This document shows positions 9,236 through 19,058 of a stretch of 62,654 nucleotides of DNA, piece after piece. Source of the stretch: an uncultured Acholeplasmatales bacterium (lineage in GTDB: Bacteria > Bacillota_I > Bacilli_A > ML615J-28 > CAG-698); NCBI GenBank assembly GCA_937877075.1, contig CALEGD010000005.1, positions 1-62,654 on the forward strand, given 5' to 3'. Under the pieces are notes generated by a model. It was not told the DNA's origin. It worked only from the letters and a program-made list of their open reading frames with translations, and ran no database searches. Every line of letters starts with the position of its first letter. The stretch's first letter is position 1. The translations under genes were made by a program, and so were the position numbers.

Positions 9236-10627
9236 ATGAGGAAAACAATTAATCTTTTAATTTTGATATTTAGCTTTTTCTTTATTTTCGGATGCGAAGA
9301 AAAGGGAATTCCTGAAGATGTAAATACCGTTAATATTTTTACGATGAACGATACCCACGGAGCTTTTGTAACTGACGGCTTCTCGGGTATGGAAAAGGTT
9401 GCTTCCGTAATAAATAATATGGAAAAAGATTTCGGGAAATTCCTTAAGATTACAACCGGAGATATCTTTCAAGGGACTTATGTATCAAATATTAATTATG
9501 GTATACCACTTCTTGAAGCCTTGAACTTACTTAAATTCGATGCTTTTGTCATCGGCAATCATGAATTTGATTGGGGAATCGAAAAAATCTCACAGTATAA
9601 AGATAATGATTCGAGAAACGGGGAGGCTGATTTTCCTTTTCTTGCAGCGAATATCGTTTATAAAGAAAGCAAAGAAAGACTTCCCTGGACAGAAGATTAT
9701 GTGATTCTTGAAAACAATGGCTATAAAGTCGGGATAATCGGAGTTATCGGTCACAATTTAGAGAGTTCAATTTCTAGTGATAAAGTTGCGGATTATGAGT
9801 TTTTAAATCCTCGCAGTATTGTACAAGAGCTTTCTTTTAGCTTAAGAAGCGAATTTGAATGCGATATTGTTGTGGTTGCTACCCATAGTTATGATGATTG
9901 GGAAATTAATGACTACTTGCAACTCCCCAATGAAAGCCGCATTGACGGAATAATTACCGGTCATAACCACCAAAAACTTTCAACTAAACACCTTCGTAGT
10001 GACGGATATTATGTTCCGGTAATTCAATGCGACGACAAAAACGAAAATGTTGGTGGTATTATTATTGAAATGGATGATGAAAAAAGTCCTGTAAAGGCAA
10101 CCATCCGTCATTATAATCCTTCCGAATATCGTAATGATCGAGGAATGTTAGATTTAATTGATAAATATTCTTCTGATATTAATGAAGGAAATCGCAACAT
10201 CGGTTATACGACCGAAACCTTATATCAAGGAAAAATCGGTACGGAGATTACTAAGGCTATGGTTGAAAAGTTTGGTGGAACAGCTGCGTTTATTAATACC
10301 GGAGGCGTCAGAACTACTCTTCAGCGCGGAAATATCAGAATCAAGGATATTTTTGAAGTTTTCCCTTTTGATAATCGGATCGTCTTAACATCACTTAAAG
10401 GTTCTGTTTTGAAAGATTTATATCATAAACAAGGGCAATCTCTTTATTTCGATCCTTATTTTCAGGTCTCTAAAATCAATGATGATTTAACTTATGATGT
10501 GATTACAATAGATTATATCTTTACCGGTAGTAATTTTCTAAAATATTTTAAAACTAGTCCACGGGAAGATGATGTTTTGATGCGTGATTTATTTATTGAT
10601 TATATCGAGGATTTTTATAAAAAGTAA
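9236..10627 (+). CDS. lipoprotein, metallophosphatase/5'-nucleotidase family (tandem paralog)
   Basis: Lipobox IFGC. Same NDTHG/GDIFQG/GNHEFDWG/INTGGVR motifs. Collinear with the C-terminal ~460 aa of the upstream gene. Confidence 0.8.
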   Translation: MRKTINLLILIFSFFFIFGCEEKGIPEDVNTVNIFTMNDTHGAFVTDGFSGMEKVASVINNMEKDFGKFLKITTGDIFQGTYVSNINYGIPLLEALNLLKFDAFVIGNHEFDWGIEKISQYKDNDSRNGEADFPFLAANIVYKESKERLPWTEDYVILENNGYKVGIIGVIGHNLESSISSDKVADYEFLNPRSIVQELSFSLRSEFECDIVVVATHSYDDWEINDYLQLPNESRIDGIITGHNHQKLSTKHLRSDGYYVPVIQCDDKNENVGGIIIEMDDEKSPVKATIRHYNPSEYRNDRGMLDLIDKYSSDINEGNRNIGYTTETLYQGKIGTEITKAMVEKFGGTAAFINTGGVRTTLQRGNIRIKDIFEVFPFDNRIVLTSLKGSVLKDLYHKQGQSLYFDPYFQVSKINDDLTYDVITIDYIFTGSNFLKYFKTSPREDDVLMRDLFIDYIEDFYKK

Positions 10628-10632
10628 AAAAG

Positions 10633-10660
10633 AAGCCGCCTTTATTAAGGTGGCTTTTCA
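10633..10660 (+). terminator. rho-independent terminator
   Basis: AAGCCGCC/GGTGGCTT stem immediately after the stop codon. Confidence 0.55.
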
Positions 10661-10682
10661 GTGAAAAAATTCAGGAAAATCC

Positions 10683-10711
10683 TTGCATTTATTGAATAAA
10701 TTTAGTATAAT
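10683..10711 (+). promoter_or_regulatory. promoter TTGCAT-17-TATAAT for the tRNA gene
   Basis: Hexamers at 10683-10688 and 10706-10711, 17 nt upstream of the mature tRNA 5' end. Confidence 0.55.
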
Positions 10712-10728
10712 ATTAAAGTATTGAATAT

Positions 10729-10804
10729 GCACCCTTAGCTCAGACGGTAGAGCAATTGACTCTTAATCAATGGGTCTGGGGTTCGAGTCCCCAAGGGTGT
10801 ACCA
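10729..10804 (+). tRNA. tRNA-Lys (anticodon CUU), CCA encoded
   Basis: Cloverleaf read by eye: acceptor GCACCCT/AGGGTGT, D-loop AGCTCAGACGGTAGAGC, anticodon stem-loop ATTGA-CTCTTAA-TCAAT (CTT), T-arm TGGGG-TTCGAGT-CCCCA, 3' ACCA. Confidence 0.9.
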
Positions 10805-10830
10805 GTTTTAAATATTAGATTTTAAAAAAT

Positions 10831-10856
10831 CAGGCTTGTAATTAAGCCTGTTTTTT
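10831..10856 (+). terminator. rho-independent terminator after the tRNA
   Basis: CAGGCTT-gtaatt-AAGCCTG followed by TTTTTT. Confidence 0.7.
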
Positions 10857-11005
10857 GATAAATTTAAATCAACATTTACATGCTTTGATAATTAAAGTAT
10901 AATATACGTAGTTGGTTAAGTTAAATAATTATTGAGGAATCAATAATATAAAGACTTTAGAGTCTAGTTTAATAAAAGTAGAATTATATTATATAAGGTG
11001 GTAAG

Positions 11006-11302
11006 ATGATGAACAAGTATGAGATTGTAGTATTTAATGACGATGATTTCTCTTTAGAAGTTAATATAGACAAAGATGAAGAGACTGTTTGGCTTACACA
11101 AGAACAAATTGCCTTATTATTTGAGGTTGATAGGACTAGAATAGTTAGACATATAAATAATATTTATAATGATGATGAATTAGATAGATACTCAACATGT
11201 GCGGAAAACGCACAAGTTCAAATAGAGGGGACAAGAAAGGTAAAGAGAAATATTAGATACTATAATTTAGATATGATAATATCGGTAGGTGTGGAAGAAT
11301 AA
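11006..11302 (+). pseudogene. RhuM-family protein, N-terminal fragment only (truncated)
   Basis: VWLTQEQIALLFEVDRTRIVRHINNIY...EGTRKVKRNIRYYNLDMIISVG matches the conserved RhuM N-terminal region. The frame stops right after ISVG, where full-length members (~330 aa) continue YRV... Confidence 0.6.
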
Positions 11303-11559
11303 TCGAAACGCGAAAGTATAATGAGAATTGTACGTTTATTGGGGAAAAAAGCCTTATGGTATTGTCCACACATTTTTTAAGTATATCAAGAAAGATAGAC
11401 TGGTTTTATAATTGTTAATATATATTGGAAGTATCTACTGTAATTATTATGGTTATCTAGATAATGAACCGTTTGAAAGTAGTTTAAATAACAACGATTA
11501 TGATTACGAAGAAAGAAAGTAGTGATTTGAGTTTATGAAGATTTGTAAAGATATATATA

Positions 11560-11660
11560 CTATGATTGAAGCCGGATATCTGTGGAAAAGGATTAGGAAA
11601 AGAATTCTTAAATCAAATTACATTTAATCAAAGAGCAATTAAGGCATATCATGGGTGATA
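11560..11660 (+). pseudogene. possible GNAT acetyltransferase remnant
   Basis: Short frame reads ..PDICGKGLGKEFLNQITFNQRAIKAYHG, resembling the acetyl-CoA-binding (Q/R-x-x-G-x-G) and C-terminal N..AI..Y motifs. It is surrounded by stops. Confidence 0.3.
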
Positions 11661-11842
11661 GAGGACATATTGAGTTAAAGGCAGTAAAATAAATTCTGGT
11701 TTGTAGAGCAAAAATATAGAATCTATCGTATAGTGGTTTCAATAATTTGGTAATGATAGTCTAATAAAAGTATAAGTTTTTTAAATTTTCCAATAAAAAT
11801 TCGGGTTCATTCGTATCATTAGTAAGAGAGGCGGGTAATATT

Positions 11843-12937
11843 ATGAAAAATTTATTTAATATTTGTTTAATCATAATTTCTATGCTTTTATTAGTTTCTT
11901 GTGTAGATTCATCTGGAAATAGAGAAAACAATACTTCAGATTATTTTCATTACTCACAAAATCACGAGAGTATTCGTGGTGGCCAAGAAACCTCGTTTTC
12001 TTTAGACAAAGGTATAAGTTGGTATACCTCCAACAACCGTTCAACAGGGTTTGATATTTGGAGTGTTAAGACTAATGAAGAAGTCCCAGGGATGGTATTC
12101 TTTTATGCAACATCATATGAACAATTGTTAGAAGAAGTTGAAAACAATAGGACAACCCCATTTTATTCTTACATGTATTTAGATAATGATGGTTGGAATA
12201 AACTATTGGACACTTATAATGAGGAATATTTTGAGGATAATATTTTATTGTTTTATTATAAATATGAACCGTACATATCAGAAAATTATGTACACAGTGT
12301 AATAATTAAAGATAATTCATTAACCTTAAATATCAATCGTTTTGACGGAATGTGCGCGGCTTTGAGTTCATGGCATGAATTTGTTACAATTAAGAAAACA
12401 GATATAGAAAATATTACTGAATTTAATGTTGTTGTAAGAACAGTATCCGAATTAAAATCATCTATTGTTTTATCAGCAAATGAAGCGTATATAAGAAATA
12501 TATATGTTAATGGTTTAAGTGAATCTGATTTTCTCGGTTTAAATAATCTTAAATCTGTGAATGTGTGGACTTGGGGATTAATGATAGATATTCACTTTAA
12601 TCAAAAGATGTCAGATGAAAGATTAAATGGTATTATAGAAGTTCTTAAGTCATCAGAAAGCATTCGATCTGTTGGTTATACTAGTAATACATGGATTAGA
12701 GTAATAGTAAATGATAAATTCTACGACAAATACAAGGATAAGTCATTAATGCTTGAAGATCTTATAGGTAACGAGATAAAGAATAGTGATGAATTTATGA
12801 TTGAATTTAAAACCATAGCGCCAATAATATTAATAACACTTGAGATGGAAGAACATGGTAGGAACCATTATGAAGCAATGATTGATCAATTAAGAGAACT
12901 TAATTACCCATTCATCAATATTGAAGATCTGAATTAA
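11843..12937 (+). CDS. hypothetical lipoprotein (island cargo)
   Basis: Lipobox LLVSC. RBS GAGAGG. 364-aa ORF with no recognisable motifs. Confidence 0.55.
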   Translation: MKNLFNICLIIISMLLLVSCVDSSGNRENNTSDYFHYSQNHESIRGGQETSFSLDKGISWYTSNNRSTGFDIWSVKTNEEVPGMVFFYATSYEQLLEEVENNRTTPFYSYMYLDNDGWNKLLDTYNEEYFEDNILLFYYKYEPYISENYVHSVIIKDNSLTLNINRFDGMCAALSSWHEFVTIKKTDIENITEFNVVVRTVSELKSSIVLSANEAYIRNIYVNGLSESDFLGLNNLKSVNVWTWGLMIDIHFNQKMSDERLNGIIEVLKSSESIRSVGYTSNTWIRVIVNDKFYDKYKDKSLMLEDLIGNEIKNSDEFMIEFKTIAPIILITLEMEEHGRNHYEAMIDQLRELNYPFINIEDLN

Positions 12938-13269
12938 GGTAAATAATTGAATCTGTATTTATGGTATCAAAATTCAACCCATTATAGCCATCCTCCAAAA
13001 AACTATTTGTACGAAACCGTTAAGAAAGAGATATGTCAAAATTAGTTATGCTTTTAGTAAACTTTGATGGGTTTACAGATGCTATTTCTCTGAATTTGCA
13101 ATTTATTCCAAAAAAGCAAAAACAACAGCCAAGGTTGTCAAATTATATCTGACAATATCTCGGCTTTTTCTTTTCTTGGGGCCATGTTTAAATTTCTTTA
13201 TTTACAGCTCCTTTGTTTAATCTATATATTAATAGTTAAAGCAAAAATTGCAATAACACTTGATACGAG

Positions 13270-13930
13270 TTAACAAAATTTACGCCTATGATGCCAAAAG
13301 GCGAGGACATTATGGAATGCGAGAGTGATTGGTTTGGAAAGGGTTGAGCAGCCAGAAATTCCAGTTGAAGCTATAAGAGAAGTGGTGGTTAAAAGTTTTG
13401 AAAGTTGATTAAGCTTCACACAATCAAATAGAAGTATCTCCTAAAACAATTAAAACCTATAATCCTGGCGAACTTGTGGAAGGTAAAGATCCAAATGATT
13501 TTGCTTCTGGCACTATAGCCTCGCAAATTAGGAACACCTTAATTGCGATTATTTTATACCGAGTTAAATTAATTGAAACTTTTGGATCCGGATTTTGAAG
13601 AGTATTCCAATTATGCGATAAAGAAAACATAATATAGATATTATAATAATGGTGTTGGATTCAATTTTGAATTTGAAAGAAATAAAAATTATCTTCTTAA
13701 AGTATCAAATAATCCTATAAATGAAAGTTTTAATAATATTTTATCTGTTATGAACAGAAAAATCATGACTTGCTAAAAGAAAAGGGAAAATTTAATACAA
13801 TAAGAGAAATAACAATTATACTAAATCTTTTTGTCGCGACTTCAAAGAGAACTAAATAAAATGACTGAATAAAAGTTGGTGGAAAGAATCGGCTCAAAGA
13901 AAGTAGGATATTTGAAAATTTTCGACAGAT
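13270..13930 (+). pseudogene. degraded AlbA_2/HATPase_c_4-type putative transcriptional regulator (RecG-like annotation family)
   Basis: Fragments in several frames: PEIPVEAIREVVV, TYNPGELVEGKDPNDFASGTIASQIRNTLIAIILYRVKLIETFGSGF, NNGVGFNFEFERNKNY, KLVERIGSKKVGY. They are collinear with that family but interrupted by many stops and frameshifts. Confidence 0.5.
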
Positions 13931-14236
13931 AAATCGATGATTTATTGGGTGTACACATTATTTAAAATCGGTGTCCTCTTTTCTATTTTTGAATCCGTAT
14001 TTGTTCAGGATTTAACTAGCCTGATTTATTTATGCAAATACTTTTGGTTTACTAAAAAAATCTTTATAATATAATATACGGAATTGTAATTTTAGGAATA
14101 AAAAATAATTAAGTAGAGGAGAAATATTAAATTAAGGGTTAATGATCATTTTTAATATAACTTAGTATGGTAGAATCTTTTTTTACATTATCTATTAATC
14201 ATAAAATATAGTATAATATTTTTTAGGGAGGATACA

Positions 14237-14875
14237 ATGAGATTAATCACTGTTCAAGGAGAAGGTAGGATAACACAAAGTCCTGATACAATTGAGCTTA
14301 ATGTTGAGTTAGTTACTTTAAATAAAGATTATGAAAAAATGATGGAAGGTGCCATCAACAAACTTAATTTATTATATTATCACTTAACTAATCTTGGTTT
14401 TGATAAAAATGATATTCAAACATCAGATTTCATAATTAATGCAAAATATGAAAGTGTCAGAGATAATAATGGTAATTACAAAAATGAATTTGTTGGATAT
14501 GAAGCTAGACAAAATATTGTATTAGAGTTTCCTTTAAATACAGCTTTCCTAGCAGAAATAATTGATGCAATCACAAGAAGCGTAATAAAACCTAATATTT
14601 CAATTGCTTATACAATTCAAGATAAACAATCATTAATTAACGATTTACTGGAAAGTGCAGTACAAGACGCTATCAATAAAGCTAATATTTTAGCTAATGC
14701 AAGTGGAGTTAAGTTAGGTGAAGTACAAACAATAGAATATAAAAGACAAGATTATAGAATATATTCGGATACTAAACTTGCGCCTACTGCAATGTACAGT
14801 ATGGAAAAAATTGATATCGTTCCAAAAGATATCGAATTAACAGAATATGTTATTATGAGTTTTGAAATAATCTAA
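14237..14875 (+). CDS. SIMPL-domain (DUF541) protein
   Basis: I(T)VQGEGRITQSPDTIELNVEL start and ~210-aa size are typical of SIMPL/26-kDa immunogenic protein family members. RBS GGGAGG. Confidence 0.65.
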   Translation: MRLITVQGEGRITQSPDTIELNVELVTLNKDYEKMMEGAINKLNLLYYHLTNLGFDKNDIQTSDFIINAKYESVRDNNGNYKNEFVGYEARQNIVLEFPLNTAFLAEIIDAITRSVIKPNISIAYTIQDKQSLINDLLESAVQDAINKANILANASGVKLGEVQTIEYKRQDYRIYSDTKLAPTAMYSMEKIDIVPKDIELTEYVIMSFEII

Positions 14876-15036
14876 AAAATCTTCAAAAAGTTGCTCTAAA
14901 ATATTATTATTGTAAATAATATTATAAAAGGAAATTTCTTATCTAGAACTTAATTAAAAACCAAAGAATCCAAAATTGATTTTTAAGACATTTATGGTAT
15001 TATTAATATATCTTAATATGACTTCAGGTGTAAAAA

Positions 15037-15624
15037 ATGAAAAAGAAAAAGAATACATTATTAAATTATTACAATATAAATACAGAAACCTCAGCCTATA
15101 TGATCGAGATTTCATTAGATGATTATGCAGAATTATTTAATGGTTGGGATGCATCTCCTTTAAGAAGAAGGGATTTAGAACCGGAGTTACTTGATTATCT
15201 AGAACAATCAGGTTCAGAAATTCCACTCATTAATGATGTTGAATTATATCTATACTTACCGGAAAAATTAAGAGATGATTAAAAAGAATTAAGAAGCAAA
15301 ACCGGAATTAAAAATAACTTTAATACTGTCCTGTTTTTTATAAATAAATCATTAAAGAAGATACACAGACAGATTCTAACAAATTTTATCATCAGTATTA
15401 TGTTTTTAACAGCGGCGTATTTTTTTAGAAATGTTGTAAAGTTAGTAGATATGTTTTCAACAATATTTGTTGAAGGCTTGTATATTGGAGGTTGGGTTTT
15501 GCTATGGGAGGCTTTCTCATTGTTCTTTTTTCATAGTTATGAAATCAGACAAAGAAAGAAAATATTTTTAAGATTTAAAGGTATGGAAATTTATTTTAAG
15601 TATACAAATGATCAAAACCTATGA
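15037..15624 (+). pseudogene. membrane protein gene split by a single in-frame TAA (15280-15282)
   Basis: The track ORFs 15037-15282 and 15400-15624 are in the same frame. The 39 codons between them contain no other stop. The downstream part carries two TM helices. Confidence 0.5.
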
Positions 15625-15651
15625 GATTTTCTAAGAGAACGGATATTCAGG

Positions 15652-15677
15652 AAGAAGCTTAAAGTAGCTTCTTTTTT
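15652..15677 (+). terminator. rho-independent terminator
   Basis: AAGAAGCT-taaagt-AGCTTCTT followed by TTTT. Confidence 0.6.
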
Positions 15678-15729
15678 CTTGTTGTAGATAATAATCTTCC
15701 TAGGTGATAAGAGTTTTTTTGTCAGTTCC

Positions 15730-15758
15730 TTGAAAACGTTGTCACTTTATGCTATAAT
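15730..15758 (+). promoter_or_regulatory. near-consensus extended -10 promoter TTGAAA-17-(TGc)TATAAT
   Basis: TTGAAA at 15730-15735; TATAAT at 15753-15758, preceded by TGC. Confidence 0.65.
15731..15744. promoter_or_regulatory. catabolite-responsive element (cre) overlapping the -35 box
   Basis: TGAAAACGTTGTCA fits TGWAANCGNTNWCA at every constrained position. Confidence 0.6.
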
Positions 15759-15789
15759 CAACCTGACAAAATTTTACAGGAGATTGATT

Positions 15790-17211
15790 ATGGAATCCAA
15801 ACTAACAAAAAAAGAAACCTGGTTATTCGCTTTGGGGGATTTGTACGGTGGCGGCGGTCAAACCATTATCTCAATTTTGTATTTGTTTTTTCTGACAAAT
15901 GTAATTGGAATTGATCCATTGGTTGCTGGGACCGTCATTTTTATTTCTAAAGCTTGGGATGCAATCAATGACCCTTTGATGGGAACTATTTCAGATAACA
16001 CAAAAACCAAAATTGGAAGAAGAAGACCATATATATTAATTGGCGGAATTTTGCTTGTACCGGCAATTGCTTTGTTATGGTTTCCTCATGGCATCACCAG
16101 CGAATATGGGAAGGTTACTTATGTAATCATAACTTATTTATTTTATTTTACCGTCAATACATTAATCATGGTTCCTTATAGTTCAATGAGTGCGGAAATC
16201 GCTACCGGATTCCATGATAGAAATAAGGTTAATACATTACGTTTGGTATTGTCTCTAGCTTCAACTGCAATTTGCACTTTAGTTCCGACTTATTTGCATG
16301 AAATGATTATCGATAATAAATTAAAATATATTCAATTGTACTTTATATTAGTCTTTGTTTTCGGAATAGTATTTGCAGTTCCTCATATTCTGATTGGATT
16401 GTTTTTAAAGGAAAGAGTAAAAAATGATGGTGAAAAGTCGAAGTTTTCATTGAAACAATTTGTTTCTCCTTTAAAAGTAAAATCATTTCGGAAACTGGTT
16501 ATCCTTTATGTTTGTCAGGCTTTAACATTGGATATCGCTTCGGCGGTAATCTTATATTATCAACTCTATGTTGTAAATATTTCATCAACTATCTTCCTTG
16601 GACTATTTCTGGGAATTCAATTAATATTGTTTACATTAATATATAAACTGATAAAAACAAAATCGAAGACGAAGATTTATCGTATCGGTTTACCGCTGAC
16701 GATAATTTGTGCGGCCGGAATCGCTTTTTATCCTTCCGGAGCTTCCGTTTATCCAATTTATATCTTAACCGCCATAACGGCCTTAGGGTTTGCGGGGGCT
16801 CAATCGACTCCGTGGTTGATGTTTCCCGATGTTGTGGATATTGTTACCTTGGCTCGAGACGGAAGAAAAACCGGAGTTTGTTCGGGAATTATGACTTTTG
16901 TCCGGACAGCCTCCGCTGCTATCTCCGCATTTCTGATTGGAATAGTACTAAAATTCAGCGGTTTTGTTGTTCCGACCGAGGAAGAACCAAAACCAATCCA
17001 AAGTGCCAATGCGGTTTTAGGAATTAGGTTGATCTTTATTTTTGGTTTTTCGATATTAATGCTTTTTGCTTATTTTTATGCGAAAACCCTAAAGTTAAGC
17101 CCCACACTTAGTGATGATGTAAAAATGTTGAATGATAAAATGGATAAAAACCTTGGTTTAAGTCCGGCAGAAAAAGCAAGATACCATGAAATTAAAAAGG
17201 AGTTTATCTGA
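15790..17211 (+). CDS. glycoside-pentoside-hexuronide (GPH):cation symporter, MFS
   Basis: GDLYGGGGQT.., SKAWDAINDPLMG..SD.T.T..GRRRPY GPH signature and ~12 TM segments. ATG at 15790 follows a GGAG RBS; the track start at 15730 lies inside the promoter. Confidence 0.8.
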   Translation: MESKLTKKETWLFALGDLYGGGGQTIISILYLFFLTNVIGIDPLVAGTVIFISKAWDAINDPLMGTISDNTKTKIGRRRPYILIGGILLVPAIALLWFPHGITSEYGKVTYVIITYLFYFTVNTLIMVPYSSMSAEIATGFHDRNKVNTLRLVLSLASTAICTLVPTYLHEMIIDNKLKYIQLYFILVFVFGIVFAVPHILIGLFLKERVKNDGEKSKFSLKQFVSPLKVKSFRKLVILYVCQALTLDIASAVILYYQLYVVNISSTIFLGLFLGIQLILFTLIYKLIKTKSKTKIYRIGLPLTIICAAGIAFYPSGASVYPIYILTAITALGFAGAQSTPWLMFPDVVDIVTLARDGRKTGVCSGIMTFVRTASAAISAFLIGIVLKFSGFVVPTEEEPKPIQSANAVLGIRLIFIFGFSILMLFAYFYAKTLKLSPTLSDDVKMLNDKMDKNLGLSPAEKARYHEIKKEFI

Positions 17212-19058
17212 TGAAAGAATTGGATATACCGATGTCCATTAAGATGAATTATAAATGCTTTCCCGGAATCAAAGATTTGGATTCGGGATTAATAATTGAC
17301 GAACAGGAAATTATCGATTTATTGGAATATATCGATCGGCGTTATGATTGTGCCGATTTTCGGATGATTCCGATCCTCAGAACGCTTTATGCCTATTCCT
17401 CGCTTCTGTCGGAAGAAACCTTAACAAAAATAAGAAGAACCGTTCTAGATTTTAAATATTGGATGGATGAACCCGGGGAAGACGGGATGTGTTATTGGAG
17501 CGAAAACCATCAATTGATCTTTGCGACCATTGAATACTTGGCTGGGCAATATTATCCTAACGAAATCTTTACCAATAATAAGATGACCGGTATTGAGAGA
17601 ATGGCTCATAGCAAGTGGCGTCTCCTTGATTGGTTTCTTCACCGCTATCAATACGGATTTGTTGAGTGGCATTCAAACACGTATTATGAAGAAGATATCG
17701 CGCCTTTATCACTATTGATTGATTTTTCCAAGGATGAAGAGATTTCTCGAAAAGCAACTTTTTTGATAGATTTATTGATGCTTGATCTTGCGGTAAATAA
17801 TTACCGGGGTTATTTTGTTGCAACAAGCGGTAGATGTTACGAAGAACAAAAGAAAAATCCCCAGAGACAAGATGTTTTGGAGATTATGAAAAAAGCTTTC
17901 GGAATCGGTCCGATTAAAGAATATGATTATACTCGTTTATCAGCAGATTTTATACTAAACAAGAATTATCAGATTCCGGAAGTGATTAAGGAAATTGCCC
18001 AAAGCAAGGCGACTTTTATTTTAAAAGAATCATTGGGATTGGATTTAAAAGAAGTTCGTGAAAAAATTGATTCAAATAATAAAATAGATACAGTCGGTCT
18101 TTACTATTGGACAATGGAGGCCTTTACTAACCCCGAATCGGTTGCACTATCCGTGGAAATGTTCAAAAAATGGAAAATGCATTCAAATATTTTTTTAAAA
18201 AATATGAAAGTGTTAGATAATTGGTTTTTAAAAAAATTCAAACTTTTACCATTTTTGGTACGCTTATTGAATCCTGTAACCCAAGGAATCGCTATTCAAA
18301 GAGCAAATACCTATTCATACCGCCACGCGGATTATTTTCTTTCGACCGCTCAACTTTATCATCCGAAAGAATTCGGTGATCAACAACATATATGTCAAGC
18401 AACTTTGGGTGAGGATATTACAGTTTTTACTACCCACCCGGCAAAGAGTTTTTTCGACGATAATGCCAGAAATTTTTCTCCGGCTTATTGGGTTGGCAAT
18501 GGCATAAACCCTTACGCGGTTCAATTTGAAAATATTGCTTTAATCTACTATGATTTGACTCCGAGAAAAGGTTTACTTGAAAGCAAACGACAGTTTTTTA
18601 CTCATCTTTACTTTCCGGAAGAGAAGTTTGAAAAAGCATATTACGGTGATGATTTTCTAATCGGGTTCTATCAAAAAAGTTTAATCGGAATCAAAAGTTT
18701 AAAAAGAATAAAAAAGATTAGTAATGTAGAATGGATTCAAGAAGGAAAGTATACCGCTTGGAGCATCACTTTATCAAGTACTGATGATATTTCTATAAAT
18801 GAATTTATTGACTTAATAAAAAAATCGAAAATCTTCTTAGATAAAAAATCGATTGTTTATCAATCTAACCGTAATTTAAAAATTATTCTGAAGAAGAATC
18901 CGATCTTTCTTGTTGACGGAAAGAAAGAGAAAATCAATTACAAGCGATATGAACTTCCCTTTATTGAATCCGAGGAAACAACAAAAGATTATCGGATTAA
19001 ATATAAAGATAAGTATCTTTTCTTAAACTTTAAGAAAATGGAGAGAAAATATGGCTAA
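17211..19058 (+). CDS. heparinase II/III-like (alpha/alpha-toroid plus beta-sandwich) protein, putative uronate-glycan lyase or hydrolase
   Basis: TGATG overlap with the transporter gene. No signal peptide. WSENHQ and HSNTYYEED-type motifs plus context next to a GH88/105 gene. Family call is tentative. Confidence 0.4.
   Translation: MKELDIPMSIKMNYKCFPGIKDLDSGLIIDEQEIIDLLEYIDRRYDCADFRMIPILRTLYAYSSLLSEETLTKIRRTVLDFKYWMDEPGEDGMCYWSENHQLIFATIEYLAGQYYPNEIFTNNKMTGIERMAHSKWRLLDWFLHRYQYGFVEWHSNTYYEEDIAPLSLLIDFSKDEEISRKATFLIDLLMLDLAVNNYRGYFVATSGRCYEEQKKNPQRQDVLEIMKKAFGIGPIKEYDYTRLSADFILNKNYQIPEVIKEIAQSKATFILKESLGLDLKEVREKIDSNNKIDTVGLYYWTMEAFTNPESVALSVEMFKKWKMHSNIFLKNMKVLDNWFLKKFKLLPFLVRLLNPVTQGIAIQRANTYSYRHADYFLSTAQLYHPKEFGDQQHICQATLGEDITVFTTHPAKSFFDDNARNFSPAYWVGNGINPYAVQFENIALIYYDLTPRKGLLESKRQFFTHLYFPEEKFEKAYYGDDFLIGFYQKSLIGIKSLKRIKKISNVEWIQEGKYTAWSITLSSTDDISINEFIDLIKKSKIFLDKKSIVYQSNRNLKIILKKNPIFLVDGKKEKINYKRYELPFIESEETTKDYRIKYKDKYLFLNFKKMERKYG

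Noticed and set aside
10805-15700. A direct repeat of the tRNA-Lys 3' end (att site) marking the distal end of the island.
   Set aside because: I could not find a convincing copy of GGTTCGAGTCCCCAAGGGTGTACCA, or a substantial part of it, by eye in this interval. The island boundary at ~15.68 kb is therefore inferred only from gene content and composition.
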